Part shown: in pieces, positions 1 to 9,584 of the stretch
Numbering within the stretch: the stretch's first letter is position 1
How the letters are laid out: each line of letters begins with the position of its first letter
NCBI GenBank assembly: GCA_934097105.1
Contig: CAKONI010000002.1
Location: 12,006-76,005 of the forward strand
Source: an uncultured Bacilli bacterium
GTDB taxonomy: Bacteria; Bacillota_I; Bacilli_A; RF39; UBA660
DNA length: 64,000 nt
Direction of reading: 5' to 3'
Translations under genes and position numbers: made by a program
The notes under the pieces: generated by a model
Databases searched by the model: none
What the model was told of the DNA's origin: nothing
Seen by the model: only the letters and a program-made list of their open reading frames with translations

Positions 1-93
1 ATATATTAATAATATAACATAAATTGACATAACAGACAAGTTTAAACATTATAATTTCTTGTATATTAAAAAGATAAATGTTTTATTTTTCAT

Positions 94-537
94 TTATCTT
101 GTTTTCTTGTTTTTTATTTCTTCTTCTGTTAAGGAAAGATTAAAAGGCATGTCTTTTTTATACTTGGATCCTAACACTGTAAGTTTTACTATGTCTTCTT
201 TTGTGAATGGTGTTCCGTATGAGAATCCTAGTCTTTCTAGAGGCGTGCTTAGTTCTTCGACAAATCTTTTACTAAAGTTTTTTTCTATTAGTTCTTCTTT
301 AGTATATCTAATTAGTTCAAATAAATGGGGTCTGTTTTTACTTTTTAGGAAACTTTTATAGGTGAAGTTTTCTGATGAGTTTAGTAAATCGTCTGTATCT
401 TTTTTTAGTGTTTCTAGGAATTTTTTTATCTGCGGAGAGGATTTTGGATCTCTGTTTGCTAGTACAAATAATGCTTCACATGGCAGATATAGTTCTAATA
501 CTATTTGGTGAAAACTTTTATCCATTTTTTTCCTCAC
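94..537 (-). CDS. hypothetical protein (147 aa), last gene of a four-gene minus-strand operon
   Basis: Uninterrupted ORF. Its start overlaps the stop of the upstream racemase-like gene by 20 nt (518-537). No motif I can name. Confidence 0.5.
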   Translation of the reverse strand: MRKKMDKSFHQIVLELYLPCEALFVLANRDPKSSPQIKKFLETLKKDTDDLLNSSENFTYKSFLKSKNRPHLFELIRYTKEELIEKNFSKRFVEELSTPLERLGFSYGTPFTKEDIVKLTVLGSKYKKDMPFNLSLTEEEIKNKKTR

Positions 538-1615
538 TTATGAATACTTTTTTTATCTCTTTTGAATTTGTTAAGTATATCATTGGTATATAACGAATAT
601 TTAATTCTATGATGTCTCCTAGTTTTATTTTCTTTTTATAGTCTTCGACGTCTAAGATTGTATGATCGCTTGATGCTCCGATTAGTTCTATTCCTTCATC
701 TTTTGATATTAATCCTTCAAGATAACCATAGTCTGCTTTTCCTATTGCTAGGATGGCTCTTTTTCTTATTCCTTTATCTATATATTTTGGCTTATGTCTA
801 AACGCATCGCATAGAATTTCTCCATCTGGGTAACTTGGTTTATCTTTTATTTCTATTACTTCTGCTTTTAATGTGAATATGTCTTTATTAAGTTCTGTTT
901 TACATCCGTATAGTTCTTCTAATTCTTTTCCTGTTAGGATGGCCTCGCCTATTCTTAAGAGGTTTATTTCTTTTGGAATTGTTTTATCTATTACTCTTGT
1001 TAGGGATGAAGTTGAGCCTCCGGATAGATATTTTAGTTTTCTTCCTAGTGCTTTTTCTACTTTTTTTGCGGTGTCTACTAGTTTTTGTAATGTTTTTTTG
1101 GATGGCGTTACAGAGCCGTAGCATCCTATATTTATTCCAAGGCCTGCTAGAGAAATGTTGTCTAAATTATTTTCAATAAATAGTGCATCATTTATTAGTT
1201 CTTCATCGCTATAATAGCCTTCTCTTAGGTCGCCAACTTCTTTCATTAATATTACTTCGTGTATTTTATTTTGTTTTTTGGCTTCTTTATTTAATTTTTT
1301 TATTACTTCTATTTCACTGTTTAGGCTAATGTTTGAATATTTTATAACATCTTTTACTTCACTTAGCATTGGTAGTCTTGTAAGTAGAAGTGGTGTGTTT
1401 ATCTTATCTTTTATTTTTTTTAATTGTTCTATTCTAGAGGATGCTATAAATGATACGTTTTCTTCATCATACACTTTGGCTATTTCTAAAAGAGAATTTG
1501 CTCCTTTTATTACTCCTGCTACTTGTATATTGCTTGCTTTACATAGCTTTTTTATTTTTCTTATGTTATCTCTTAATTTATCTAGATTTATTTCTAATTG
1601 TGGATATTTACTCAT
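518..1615 (-). CDS. alanine/ornithine racemase family PLP-dependent enzyme (Orr-like)
   Basis: 365 aa. The N-terminal 'LDKLRDNI...VAGVIKG' block carries a candidate PLP-lysine. Blocks 'GDLREGY', 'KGIRKRAILAIG' and 'GASSDH' are colinear with what I recall of the clostridial ornithine racemase family. The start lies 2 nt after the ligase stop. Confidence 0.75.
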   Translation of the reverse strand: MSKYPQLEINLDKLRDNIRKIKKLCKASNIQVAGVIKGANSLLEIAKVYDEENVSFIASSRIEQLKKIKDKINTPLLLTRLPMLSEVKDVIKYSNISLNSEIEVIKKLNKEAKKQNKIHEVILMKEVGDLREGYYSDEELINDALFIENNLDNISLAGLGINIGCYGSVTPSKKTLQKLVDTAKKVEKALGRKLKYLSGGSTSSLTRVIDKTIPKEINLLRIGEAILTGKELEELYGCKTELNKDIFTLKAEVIEIKDKPSYPDGEILCDAFRHKPKYIDKGIRKRAILAIGKADYGYLEGLISKDEGIELIGASSDHTILDVEDYKKKIKLGDIIELNIRYIPMIYLTNSKEIKKVFISEEKNG

Positions 1616-1617
1616 TT

Positions 1618-3441
1618 TTATCTTCCTTTTTTGTTTTTATTTGATTTGGGGTGTTTACTTTTCTTTTCTTTTTTTGGTTTTTCTTTTAATTCTTCTTCTA
1701 TGGTTACTTTTGATTCATCTTCTAGTATTGTGTATGCTATTTTACCTACGAGTGTTTTAGGAAGTTCTTTTCTGAATTCGAATATTTTTGGCATTGCGTA
1801 TTTTGCTATATATTTTTGGCAATATTTTTTTATTTCTTCTTCTACTTCTTCGTTTATTTTTACTTCTTTTTTTAATACTATGTAGGCTTTTACTACTTCT
1901 CCGCGGTATTTATGGGGAATGGGTACTACTGTGCATGATGATACGTATTCGTGCTTATTTATTATTTCTTCTATATATGATGGATAGATGTTGTAACCTG
2001 ATGAGATTATTAATCTTTTTAATCTTGATTTAAAGTAGATGAATCCATCTTTGTCCATTGTTCCGATGTCTCCGGTGTGAAGCCATAGTTTTCCGTCTTT
2101 ATGTATTTTTAAGGTGTTATTTGTTTCTGATTCTTCATCTAGGTAGCATTTCATTACGGTTGGTCCGCTTATACATATTTCTCCGTCTTCTAAGTAGTCT
2201 ACTTCTTTTGTGGTTCCTATTTTTACTATTTTGTAGATTGTATCTGGAAATGGTATTCCTATTGAGTTTTCTTTGTAGTTACTGTTTGGAACGAGACATG
2301 TTGCAGCGGTTGCTTCGGTTAGGCCGTAGCCTACTCTTATTTTGGCATTTGATCCATATTTTTTAAAGAAGTCGTTGTATTTTTTTATTTTTTCTTCTGA
2401 CATGACGTCTCCGCCTGATACTAGTACGTTTATTGATTCGAAGTCGTTTTCTTTTATGTTTTTTGACATGTATAGGGCTTCGAATAAGGTTGGTACTCCG
2501 ACGAAGAAGTTTGGTTTTGTTTTTCTTATTAAATTTAGTAATTTCTTTGCTTTGAATGTTGGTACTAGGATGCATTTCATTCCTATGTAAAGTGGCGTAT
2601 GGATGCATACTCCGAGTCCAAATCCATGGAATATTGGCATGATTGATAGAATTGAGTCTTTGGCTTTGGCTGGATCGCACATTAGGTGAGCGCCTTGAGC
2701 AAGGGCGTTGAAGTTTTTATTTGTTAGGACGATTCCTTTTGGGGTTCCGCTTGTTCCGCCACTGTAAAGGATTACTGCGGGATCGTCTCCGGTTTTATCT
2801 ACGTAGTGCTCTTCGTAGTAGTTTTCGCCTCTTTGAAGGAATTTTTTATATGATAGTACTTCTCTGTTGCGGAATGCTTTTAAGAAGACTTCTCCAATTT
2901 TTTTTACTCCTTTTGTTACGTCTGTATTTCTTCCTAGGTAAAAGAATTTTTTTAGTCCTTTTAGATCATATCCTGCGGATGAGACAATTACTTTTGAGAC
3001 TTTAGTGTTATTTATTATATTTAGTACTTTTTTATAGTTAAAGTCTATTGTAAGTATTACGCTTGAACTACTTTTATTTAGGTAAAGTTCTATTTCTTTT
3101 TCACTTGATAAGGGATGGATCATATTTGATATGGCTCCGATCATGTTTATTGCATAGAACATAACTAGGGCGGTTGGTGTGTTTGGCATGCAGATACTTA
3201 CTACATCGCCTTCTTCTACTCCGATGGCCTTTAAGGATTTTGCACAACTGTCTATTTTTTTCATGAATTCTTTATATGTTATTTTATTGTTATAGTATTC
3301 TAGTGCGTAAGAGTTTGGATATTTTATGGCGGTTTCTCCAAGTAAGGATACCATTGAGCCTTCGAAGTAATCTAGGTTTGCTGGTACATCTTTGTACTGG
3401 TTAAGCCAGGGATATTTTTTATTTAATTTCAAGTTTTTCAC
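1618..3441 (-). CDS. AMP-dependent acyl-CoA synthetase/ligase (long-chain fatty-acid-CoA ligase-like) with Lys/Glu-rich C-terminal tail
   Basis: Adenylate-forming motifs 'YSGGTSGTPKG', 'GYGLTE' and 'TGDIGTMDKDGF'. It also has an extra ~35-aa tail, 'EEELKEKPKKEKKSKHPKSNKNKKGR'. Confidence 0.85.
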   Translation of the reverse strand: MKNLKLNKKYPWLNQYKDVPANLDYFEGSMVSLLGETAIKYPNSYALEYYNNKITYKEFMKKIDSCAKSLKAIGVEEGDVVSICMPNTPTALVMFYAINMIGAISNMIHPLSSEKEIELYLNKSSSSVILTIDFNYKKVLNIINNTKVSKVIVSSAGYDLKGLKKFFYLGRNTDVTKGVKKIGEVFLKAFRNREVLSYKKFLQRGENYYEEHYVDKTGDDPAVILYSGGTSGTPKGIVLTNKNFNALAQGAHLMCDPAKAKDSILSIMPIFHGFGLGVCIHTPLYIGMKCILVPTFKAKKLLNLIRKTKPNFFVGVPTLFEALYMSKNIKENDFESINVLVSGGDVMSEEKIKKYNDFFKKYGSNAKIRVGYGLTEATAATCLVPNSNYKENSIGIPFPDTIYKIVKIGTTKEVDYLEDGEICISGPTVMKCYLDEESETNNTLKIHKDGKLWLHTGDIGTMDKDGFIYFKSRLKRLIISSGYNIYPSYIEEIINKHEYVSSCTVVPIPHKYRGEVVKAYIVLKKEVKINEEVEEEIKKYCQKYIAKYAMPKIFEFRKELPKTLVGKIAYTILEDESKVTIEEELKEKPKKEKKSKHPKSNKNKKGR

Positions 3442-4279
3442 TGCAATCGTCCTCCAAAAGTTTTGGGTTTTTAAATATATTTTCTAGAAGTTCTATTGAT
3501 TTTATCATGTAAAAACCATCTGCTATTCTCTCATCTAGTGTTATTCCAAATTCGCAGAAATCTTTTATTTCTTTTTTTCCGTTTTCATTTATTATTTCTT
3601 CTTTATATATTTTTCCCATTGTAATTATTATTGAGTTTGTTCCAAAGTCTGTTATGTTATGATATATTGCTTCTTTTGAACCTATGCTTCCTATATTTGA
3701 TAAAATTACGGTGCTATAGTAAAGTATTTCTTTTGTCATTGACTCAGGAAGAAGGTCGTGCTTATCTAGAAATTTATAGACTCCGGCGATTATGGCTCTT
3801 AAAGGTTTTGGCATGTTTCCTACTTTTTCTACTAGGTTATCTGTGCCACTTGTAGTACTTTTTCTGGCACTTTTTACTTTTTTTGATAGGTTTTCGCTTA
3901 TTGTAAAGATATTATCGTTTGGTTTTACTTTATAAACTTGCATTACTTCTTGGGAATCGTCATTAAATTCTGTTTTGGCAACGTATGAAATGTATACTCC
4001 ATTTCTTTCATAGAAGTGTCCGTTTACTATAAACCTATTTAAGTAGGGTCTATTATATATTACTTTGGCAATGCCTGCTGAGAAAGCGTGAAAGTATGTT
4101 AAATGATTTTTACTTTCTTGTTTTTGTTTGTCCATATATTTTACTAGATTTGTTACGTCTATTTTTTTATTTATGTAGACTTCGCTATCGCATCTTTTCT
4201 TTTTTAAATGGTACATTATATAATTCATTCCATTTACTTTTATTCTTTTTCCGTCTTTTCTGTCTTTTAATTTTTTCAT
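3419..4279 (-). CDS. 2-oxoacid dehydrogenase E2 catalytic-domain-like (CAT-fold) acyltransferase
   Basis: About 286 aa with no lipoyl domain. The C-terminal 'LDERIADG' occupies the position of the E2/CAT 'DHRxxDG' catalytic block. I place the start at ATG 4279 behind 'GGAAGTAGGGA' rather than at the track start 4321. The gene overlaps the ligase start by 23 nt. Confidence 0.6.
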   Translation of the reverse strand: MKKLKDRKDGKRIKVNGMNYIMYHLKKKRCDSEVYINKKIDVTNLVKYMDKQKQESKNHLTYFHAFSAGIAKVIYNRPYLNRFIVNGHFYERNGVYISYVAKTEFNDDSQEVMQVYKVKPNDNIFTISENLSKKVKSARKSTTSGTDNLVEKVGNMPKPLRAIIAGVYKFLDKHDLLPESMTKEILYYSTVILSNIGSIGSKEAIYHNITDFGTNSIIITMGKIYKEEIINENGKKEIKDFCEFGITLDERIADGFYMIKSIELLENIFKNPKLLEDDCSEKLEIK

Positions 4280-4393
4280 TATTTCCCTACTTCCTTTTGC
4301 ATAGTAAATTTTACATAGCAAATTACTTGTATTTTCATTATAGCACCTTTTTTTTAAAATTTGAATATAATAAATTATAAAGGGAGGAATATA

Positions 4394-5377
4394 ATGAAAA
4401 AAATAATTATCTTTAGTACTTGTCTAGTAATAATTTTGTGTTTAACATTCTTATTTTTATGGGCAAATAATGATGATAATAGCAATCTTGAGAAAGTTAA
4501 GGTTGCAGAAGTTACGCATAGTGTGTTTTATGCACCACAATATGTAGCACTTGAAAAAGGCTATTTTGAGGAAGAAGGACTTGATGTTGAACTTACTTTA
4601 ACTGCTGGTGCTGATAATGTTATGGCTGCAGTTTTATCTGGAGATGCCGATATTGGTCTTTCTGGTAGTGAGGCTACTATATACGTTTATAATAAGGGTG
4701 AAAAGGATTATATTAAGACTTTTGCTCAACTTACTCAAAAAGATGGTTCATTTTTAATTTCGAGAGAAAAGGTTAAAGATTTTAAAATCGATGATTTAAA
4801 AGGTAAATATGTTATTGGAGGAAGACAAGGTGGTATGCCGGAAATGACTCTTGAGTATGTTCTTAAGAGTAATGGAATTGATCCTAAAAAAGATCTTACT
4901 ATTGATACTAGTATTGAATTTGCTTCAATGGCTGGGGCTTTTATTGGAGGTACTGGTGATTATGTTGCGCTATTTGAACCTTTGGCTACAAAATTAGTTA
5001 ATGAAGGATATGGTTATAAAGCAAGTTTACTTGGTACTCTTACTGATAATGTGCCATATACTGCTTATAATGCTAGAATTAGTTATTTAGAAGGAAATTC
5101 TGATACTATTACTAAATTTGATAGAGCTATTCAAAGGGGCCTTGATTTTGTACATGAAAATAGTAGTGATGATATTACTAAGGCTATTATGAATCAATTT
5201 CCAGATACTTCTTATAATGATATTAAAAATGCTGTAGAAAGTTATCTTGAAAATGATACTTGGCCTGTTAATACGACTTTTTCTAAAAAATCTTTTGATC
5301 ATTTACAAGATATTGTAATTGAAGCGGGATTTTTAGATAAAAAAGTAAATTATAGTGATTTAATTTATGAAAGATAA
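4394..5377 (+). CDS. ABC transporter substrate-binding protein (NMT1/THI5-like, NitT/TauT family)
   Basis: N-terminal signal anchor 'MKKIIIFSTCLVIILCL' followed by 'VTHSVFYAPQYVALEKGYFEEEGLDVEL', which is typical of NMT1-type binding proteins. The RBS AGGGAGG precedes ATG 4394. ATPase and permease genes follow. Confidence 0.8.
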   Translation: MKKIIIFSTCLVIILCLTFLFLWANNDDNSNLEKVKVAEVTHSVFYAPQYVALEKGYFEEEGLDVELTLTAGADNVMAAVLSGDADIGLSGSEATIYVYNKGEKDYIKTFAQLTQKDGSFLISREKVKDFKIDDLKGKYVIGGRQGGMPEMTLEYVLKSNGIDPKKDLTIDTSIEFASMAGAFIGGTGDYVALFEPLATKLVNEGYGYKASLLGTLTDNVPYTAYNARISYLEGNSDTITKFDRAIQRGLDFVHENSSDDITKAIMNQFPDTSYNDIKNAVESYLENDTWPVNTTFSKKSFDHLQDIVIEAGFLDKKVNYSDLIYER

Positions 5378-5792
5378 TTTGCTTGAGATAGAGAATTTAA
5401 AGAAAATATATCATACTCCAAAGGGGGAAATACTTGCTCTTGATGATATTTCTTTTACAGTTAAGAATAAGGAGTTTATTTCTTTAGTTGGTCCTTCTGG
5501 ATGTGGAAAGAGTACAATTCTTACTATTTTAGCAGGTATTCTTAGTAAAACCGAAGGTAATATTAATTTTACTATTGAAAATCCTAAGATTGGATATATG
5601 CTTCAGGAAGATTCGCTTTTTCCTTGGAGGACTGTTTTAGATAATGCATGTTTGGGACTTGAGGTTAGAAAAGAACTTAATGATGAATCTTTAGGAAATG
5701 TTGTAAGGCTTTTGAATAAGTATGGACTTGGAGATTTTATAAATAATTATCCTGATAGTTTAAGTGGTGGCTTAAAGCAAAGGGTTGCTTGA
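5367..5792 (+). pseudogene. ABC transporter ATP-binding protein, 5' fragment (interrupted by mobile element)
   Basis: Walker A 'GPSGCGKST' and a Q-loop are present. The ORF ends at 'LSGGLKQRVA' plus TGA, inside the ABC signature motif, with no Walker B. Confidence 0.85.
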
Positions 5793-5810
5793 ATGTGTTG
5801 TAGACACTTT
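5778..5810. other. attL-like junction of the inserted element
   Basis: Core CAAAGGGTTGCTT (5778-5790) is followed 11 nt later by AGACACTTT (5802-5810). That 9-mer is the perfect inverse of AAAGTGTCT at the other end of the element. Confidence 0.65.
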
Positions 5811-5840
5811 AAAAATTAAAATTAAAAAAAGGATATCTTT

Positions 5841-6575
5841 CTATCCTATTTTTATTAAGGTAAGTACTGCGGTTGTGTAGTCATTAAATGTAAGGGTTGT
5901 TTCTGCGTCTGCTCTTACGTTTAGGTTTATGACGTCGTCTTTTGATAGTTCTGCAATTACTGTGTTGCTTACACTATTTAAAGTATTTGGTTCCCATTTT
6001 GCTCTTAGGTTGGTTCCTCCGATTAAAATATCGTTATTTCTTGCAGTTATGGTTAAAGATGCGCTTACGTTTGGAGTTCCACTTAGGTAATATGATATTT
6101 GATAGAACCCCTCTTCTTTTATTTTTACGGAGTTTTCGGTTGTGTAGTCTGTATTATAGTATTTTCCATCTTCATTTAAGGGAACAATTGTATCAGCCAT
6201 TCTTGATAGTTGTAAAGGTACATTTTGATTTGAGTATCGCATGGCGTAGGCGATTGTTTGGGCTGGTTCTCCTTTATCTCCTTTTGGACCTGGTTCTCCT
6301 TTGTCTCCTTTTTCACCTTTGGGTATTTTAAAGTCTAGTACTGCGTCTATATTAGTTCCAGAGTTTAGAACTTCGGCGTTTTGATCTGGTGCTACTGTTT
6401 CTATTTTCCCTATATTAATAGTTGCTGGGCCTTGCTCTCCTCTTTCTCCTTGGTCACCTTTTTCGCCTTTTGGACCTGGTACATAACGATATTTTATATT
6501 TCTATTTGCTTCTTCTATTCTTCTTATGACATCTTTACGATTTCCATTACAAGAGCAATCTTTTTTATTATTCAT
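5841..6575 (-). CDS. collagen-like triple-helix repeat protein with BclA/C1q-like or tail-fibre-like C-terminal domain
   Basis: There are two Gly-X-Y runs, 'GPKGEKGDQGERGEQGP' and 'GEKGDKGEPGPKGDKGEP', split by the linker 'ATINIGKIETVAPDQNAEVLNSGTNIDAVLDFKIPK'. A ~135-aa beta-rich C-terminal domain follows. The hairpin AGGATA-N6-TATCCT plus a T-run overlaps the stop codon. Confidence 0.75.
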   Translation of the reverse strand: MNNKKDCSCNGNRKDVIRRIEEANRNIKYRYVPGPKGEKGDQGERGEQGPATINIGKIETVAPDQNAEVLNSGTNIDAVLDFKIPKGEKGDKGEPGPKGDKGEPAQTIAYAMRYSNQNVPLQLSRMADTIVPLNEDGKYYNTDYTTENSVKIKEEGFYQISYYLSGTPNVSASLTITARNNDILIGGTNLRAKWEPNTLNSVSNTVIAELSKDDVINLNVRADAETTLTFNDYTTAVLTLIKIG

Positions 6576-6683
6576 GCACTTCTCCTTTCATTTAATTTTA
6601 TGTAAAGTATAGTAAAAATAGAAATGTTTATAATGTATTAGTTTTTTTTATTTTTTTTAATATATTTTAATGGAGGGATTTTT

Positions 6684-6791
6684 ATGGGCACTAAATATAA
6701 GGTTTATGATTTTGAGGATTGTTGTGATTTTGATCTTTTTATAAATAAGGGAATTTTAAATATTATTTTTATTATGGAGAATTTTATTTAG
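6684..6791 (+). CDS. possible 35-aa ORF directly upstream of the recombinase gene
   Basis: GGAGGG sits 6 nt before the ATG. The ORF ends 6 nt before the recombinase start. It has no recognisable motif and may not be real. Confidence 0.25.
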   Translation: MGTKYKVYDFEDCCDFDLFINKGILNIIFIMENFI

Positions 6792-6797
6792 TTTTTT

Positions 6798-8390
6798 ATG
6801 GAAAGTGAAAAGTATTTGCGTGTTGGTATTTATTTGAGGCTTTCTAATGAGGATAAAGATAAGGATAAGTGTAATAAGGATATTAGTGAGTCTATTAAAA
6901 ACCAAAGGAATCTTTTACTTGATTATATTGATAAAAACCCTTCTTTTGTTTTGTTTGATGAGTATTGTGATGAGGATTTATCTGGTGCGGGGAGTTTTAG
7001 ACCGGAGTTTGAGAGGTTAATTAGGGACTGTGAGCATGGAATGATTGATGTTGTTCTTTGTAAGAGTCAGTCTAGGTTTTCTAGGGATATGGAAGTTGTT
7101 GAAAGATATATTAATAATAAGTTTAAGGAGTGGAATATAAGGTTTATTGGGGTTAGTGATTCTGCTGATACGGATAATTTTGGTAATAAGAAGTCTAGAC
7201 AAATTAATGGTCTTGTTAATGAGTGGTATTTGGAGGATGTTTCTTTAAATATAAGGAGTGCTTTTAATTCTAAGATGAGACAAGGTGAATTTATCTCGCC
7301 TTTCGCACCTTTTGGATATGAGATTTGTAGTTATGATAATAATAGACTTGTTGTTGATAAGGATGCTAGTTTAGTGGTTAAGGAAATATATAATTTATAT
7401 TTATCTGGGTTTGGATTTTCTGCGATTGCTAGGCATTTGAATGAAAAAGGTACTCCCTCCCCTTCTTTTCATAAATATAAACGCGGGATTAAGCTAAATG
7501 TTGTTAGCAATAGATCTAGGGAGGATATTAAGTGGAATGGTGCTTTTATTAAAGGGATTTTAACTAATGAGGTTTATATTGGAAATTTAGTTCAGGGTAA
7601 AAGGACTACGGTTAGTTATAAGAATCATAAGATTATAAATAAGTCTCGTGATAAATGGATTAGATATGATAATACTCATGAGGCTATTATTGATAAGGAT
7701 GTGTTTTTTAAAGTTCAAGATCTTATAAAAAAAAGAACTAGAGTTTATAAGAAAAGTAATGTTTGTCATGTTTTTTCTGGAAGGGTTTATTGCAAAGTTT
7801 GTAGGGGTAAGATGAGAAAAAAAAATTCTTCTAGGCATGAGTATTTGGTTTGTGTGAATAGTCAGAAAGGGCTTTGTGAAAATAAGCAGTCTATTAGATA
7901 TGATGATCTTAAAGGATTGATTTTGAATGAGATTAATAAAAGAATTGATATAAGTTTTGATAAGGATTTTTTAAAGGATGAGATTTGTAAAATGGTGAGT
8001 AAAAGTAATAAGATTAGTGTTTTGGAAAAGGAAAAAGATGATATTTTAAAAAAGATTAGTACTTTTAAGAATCGTTTTAGATCTCTTTATGATGATAAAG
8101 TAAGTGGTATTATTGATGATGAGTATTTTAAGGAACTTTTTAAATTTTATAAAGATGAGGAGACAGGCTTTTTTCGTAGGTGCTTATCTATTGATGAGGA
8201 AATTAGTTTACTTAAAAATATTTCTTATGATGATATTATTTTTAAGTATAGGAAGTTTAATGCTTTAAATATTACTATAGTAGATGAATTTATTGATAAA
8301 ATTTTTATTGGTTTTTTTGATAGGAAAAATAATACTAGAGATGTTGTTATTAAATGGAATTTTGGAAATTATAAAAAGAAAAGAAGTTAG
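6798..8390 (+). CDS. large serine recombinase (resolvase/invertase catalytic domain + recombinase domain + zinc ribbon + coiled coil)
   Basis: 'VGIYLRLSNEDKD' carries the catalytic Ser and 'KSQSRFSRD' is present. The recombinase-domain block 'FGYE...IARHLNEKG' is followed by a Cys cluster, 'CKVCRGKM...CVNSQKGLC'. At 530 aa the length fits serine integrases. Confidence 0.9.
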   Translation: MESEKYLRVGIYLRLSNEDKDKDKCNKDISESIKNQRNLLLDYIDKNPSFVLFDEYCDEDLSGAGSFRPEFERLIRDCEHGMIDVVLCKSQSRFSRDMEVVERYINNKFKEWNIRFIGVSDSADTDNFGNKKSRQINGLVNEWYLEDVSLNIRSAFNSKMRQGEFISPFAPFGYEICSYDNNRLVVDKDASLVVKEIYNLYLSGFGFSAIARHLNEKGTPSPSFHKYKRGIKLNVVSNRSREDIKWNGAFIKGILTNEVYIGNLVQGKRTTVSYKNHKIINKSRDKWIRYDNTHEAIIDKDVFFKVQDLIKKRTRVYKKSNVCHVFSGRVYCKVCRGKMRKKNSSRHEYLVCVNSQKGLCENKQSIRYDDLKGLILNEINKRIDISFDKDFLKDEICKMVSKSNKISVLEKEKDDILKKISTFKNRFRSLYDDKVSGIIDDEYFKELFKFYKDEETGFFRRCLSIDEEISLLKNISYDDIIFKYRKFNALNITIVDEFIDKIFIGFFDRKNNTRDVVIKWNFGNYKKKRS

Positions 8391-9583
8391 TTTTGTTTGG
8401 CTAATTTCTTTTCTTTCTTTTGTTTTTGTTTTTCATATTGTTTGGCGTCGTCTACTTGTTTTAGTCCTAAATTTATGAAATATATTATTACTAACCATGC
8501 TAGGATTGTCATAGCGATTTGTGTCATGTTATATGGTAAGTTTATTGGCATATCCCATATTCCGTGGAGTACTACTGGTATTAGACATATAAGTATAAAT
8601 CTTTTGTCGTTTAGATGCTTTTTATCTAATTTTTCGAATCCTTTTACATACATAAGGGCAGCGCCTTCGATGGCAGCCCATGCGACGTGGCCACCGGGTG
8701 CTAGGAAGCCTCTTAGTTTTATAACGCTAAGCATTGTTTCTAGACCACCACTTAATCCATATTTTAGGATGTATCCTGCTGTTTCAAAGGCTGCGAAGCC
8801 TGCTCCTACGGCCGCTCCTATTAAGAGTCCATCTAAGATATAATCACTTTTTTTGCTTTTAAATAGAAAGACTGCTACGATGGTTGTTTTGGCTGCTTCT
8901 TCGATTAGTCCTACCATCATTGCGCCGAAATATGTTGTTATGTCTGTGTTAAAGTTTAATGAGAAGAATAGTATTGCGACGATTAATGATAAGGCTCCTC
9001 CTAGGATAAAGTATTTCATTACTTTATAAAATGGTATGTTTCTAAAAAGATTTATTTCGAAGAAGAATATTAAAACTGTTACAGGAATAGCGAAGGCTGC
9101 TAACATTATCATGGCTGGTAAGAAGTTTTCGTTTCCGTAGTTTATGAATCCTATTCTTGTTGGAATATATGCTATTAGGAAAAATATTAGTATTTTAAAG
9201 TAGACCCATGCACTGGCATTTTTTGGATCTATTTCACTTACTTTTGGAGTTGTTTTTTCTCCTCCGCAGATGAATATTTCGTCTAGTTCTTCGTCTGTGT
9301 GTTTTTTGAATGTGTTTTTAAATAGGCTTTTAAATGTTACATAATTTTCTGATTTTGCGCCGGTTATTTTATCTAGGTTTTCTGTAATTATGTTTTTTGA
9401 TTTAACTTCTTTAGTCTCTTTTTCAAGAGGAAATCCGCATTCTGGGCAGTATGTTTCTCCTCCTTTTAAAGTTTTTCCGCATTCTGGACAGGTGTTTTTT
9501 TGAAGGCTTATTCCGCAGTGGGGACATACTTTTGCGCTTGATGATACTTCTTTTTTACATTCTTTACATTTTACGAGTGCCAT
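8387..9583 (-). CDS. double zinc-ribbon / PrsW-family intramembrane protease fusion protein
   Basis: The N-terminus has 'CKECKK..CPHCG' and 'CPECGK..CPECG'. A multi-TM core follows with PrsW-type blocks 'GLIEEAAKT' (EExxK), 'FAAFETAGY' and 'GGHVAWAAIEG'. Confidence 0.7.
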   Translation of the reverse strand: MALVKCKECKKEVSSSAKVCPHCGISLQKNTCPECGKTLKGGETYCPECGFPLEKETKEVKSKNIITENLDKITGAKSENYVTFKSLFKNTFKKHTDEELDEIFICGGEKTTPKVSEIDPKNASAWVYFKILIFFLIAYIPTRIGFINYGNENFLPAMIMLAAFAIPVTVLIFFFEINLFRNIPFYKVMKYFILGGALSLIVAILFFSLNFNTDITTYFGAMMVGLIEEAAKTTIVAVFLFKSKKSDYILDGLLIGAAVGAGFAAFETAGYILKYGLSGGLETMLSVIKLRGFLAPGGHVAWAAIEGAALMYVKGFEKLDKKHLNDKRFILICLIPVVLHGIWDMPINLPYNMTQIAMTILAWLVIIYFINLGLKQVDDAKQYEKQKQKKEKKLAKQN

Positions 9584-9584
9584 A

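Noticed and set aside
59-361. Plus-strand ORFs rich in Leu/Phe/Ser across the window (for example 59..361, 1278..1760, 2058..2366, 15426..15710, 29265..29591, 55552..55959, 61681..62052)
   Set aside because: They lie antisense to long, motif-bearing minus-strand genes and lack SD sequences. Their composition is what T-rich antisense DNA yields by chance.
2363-2680. Same-strand, out-of-frame 105-aa Arg/Lys-rich ORF inside the acyl-CoA ligase gene
   Set aside because: It is fully nested in a well-supported CDS. It is a low-complexity basic sequence with no RBS or motif.
5790-5792. TGA ending the ATPase fragment considered as evidence for TGA=Trp recoding (Mollicutes-like code)
   Set aside because: The stop is created by the element junction. 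Trp is encoded by TGG throughout, and other genes terminate normally at TAA, TAG or TGA under the standard code.
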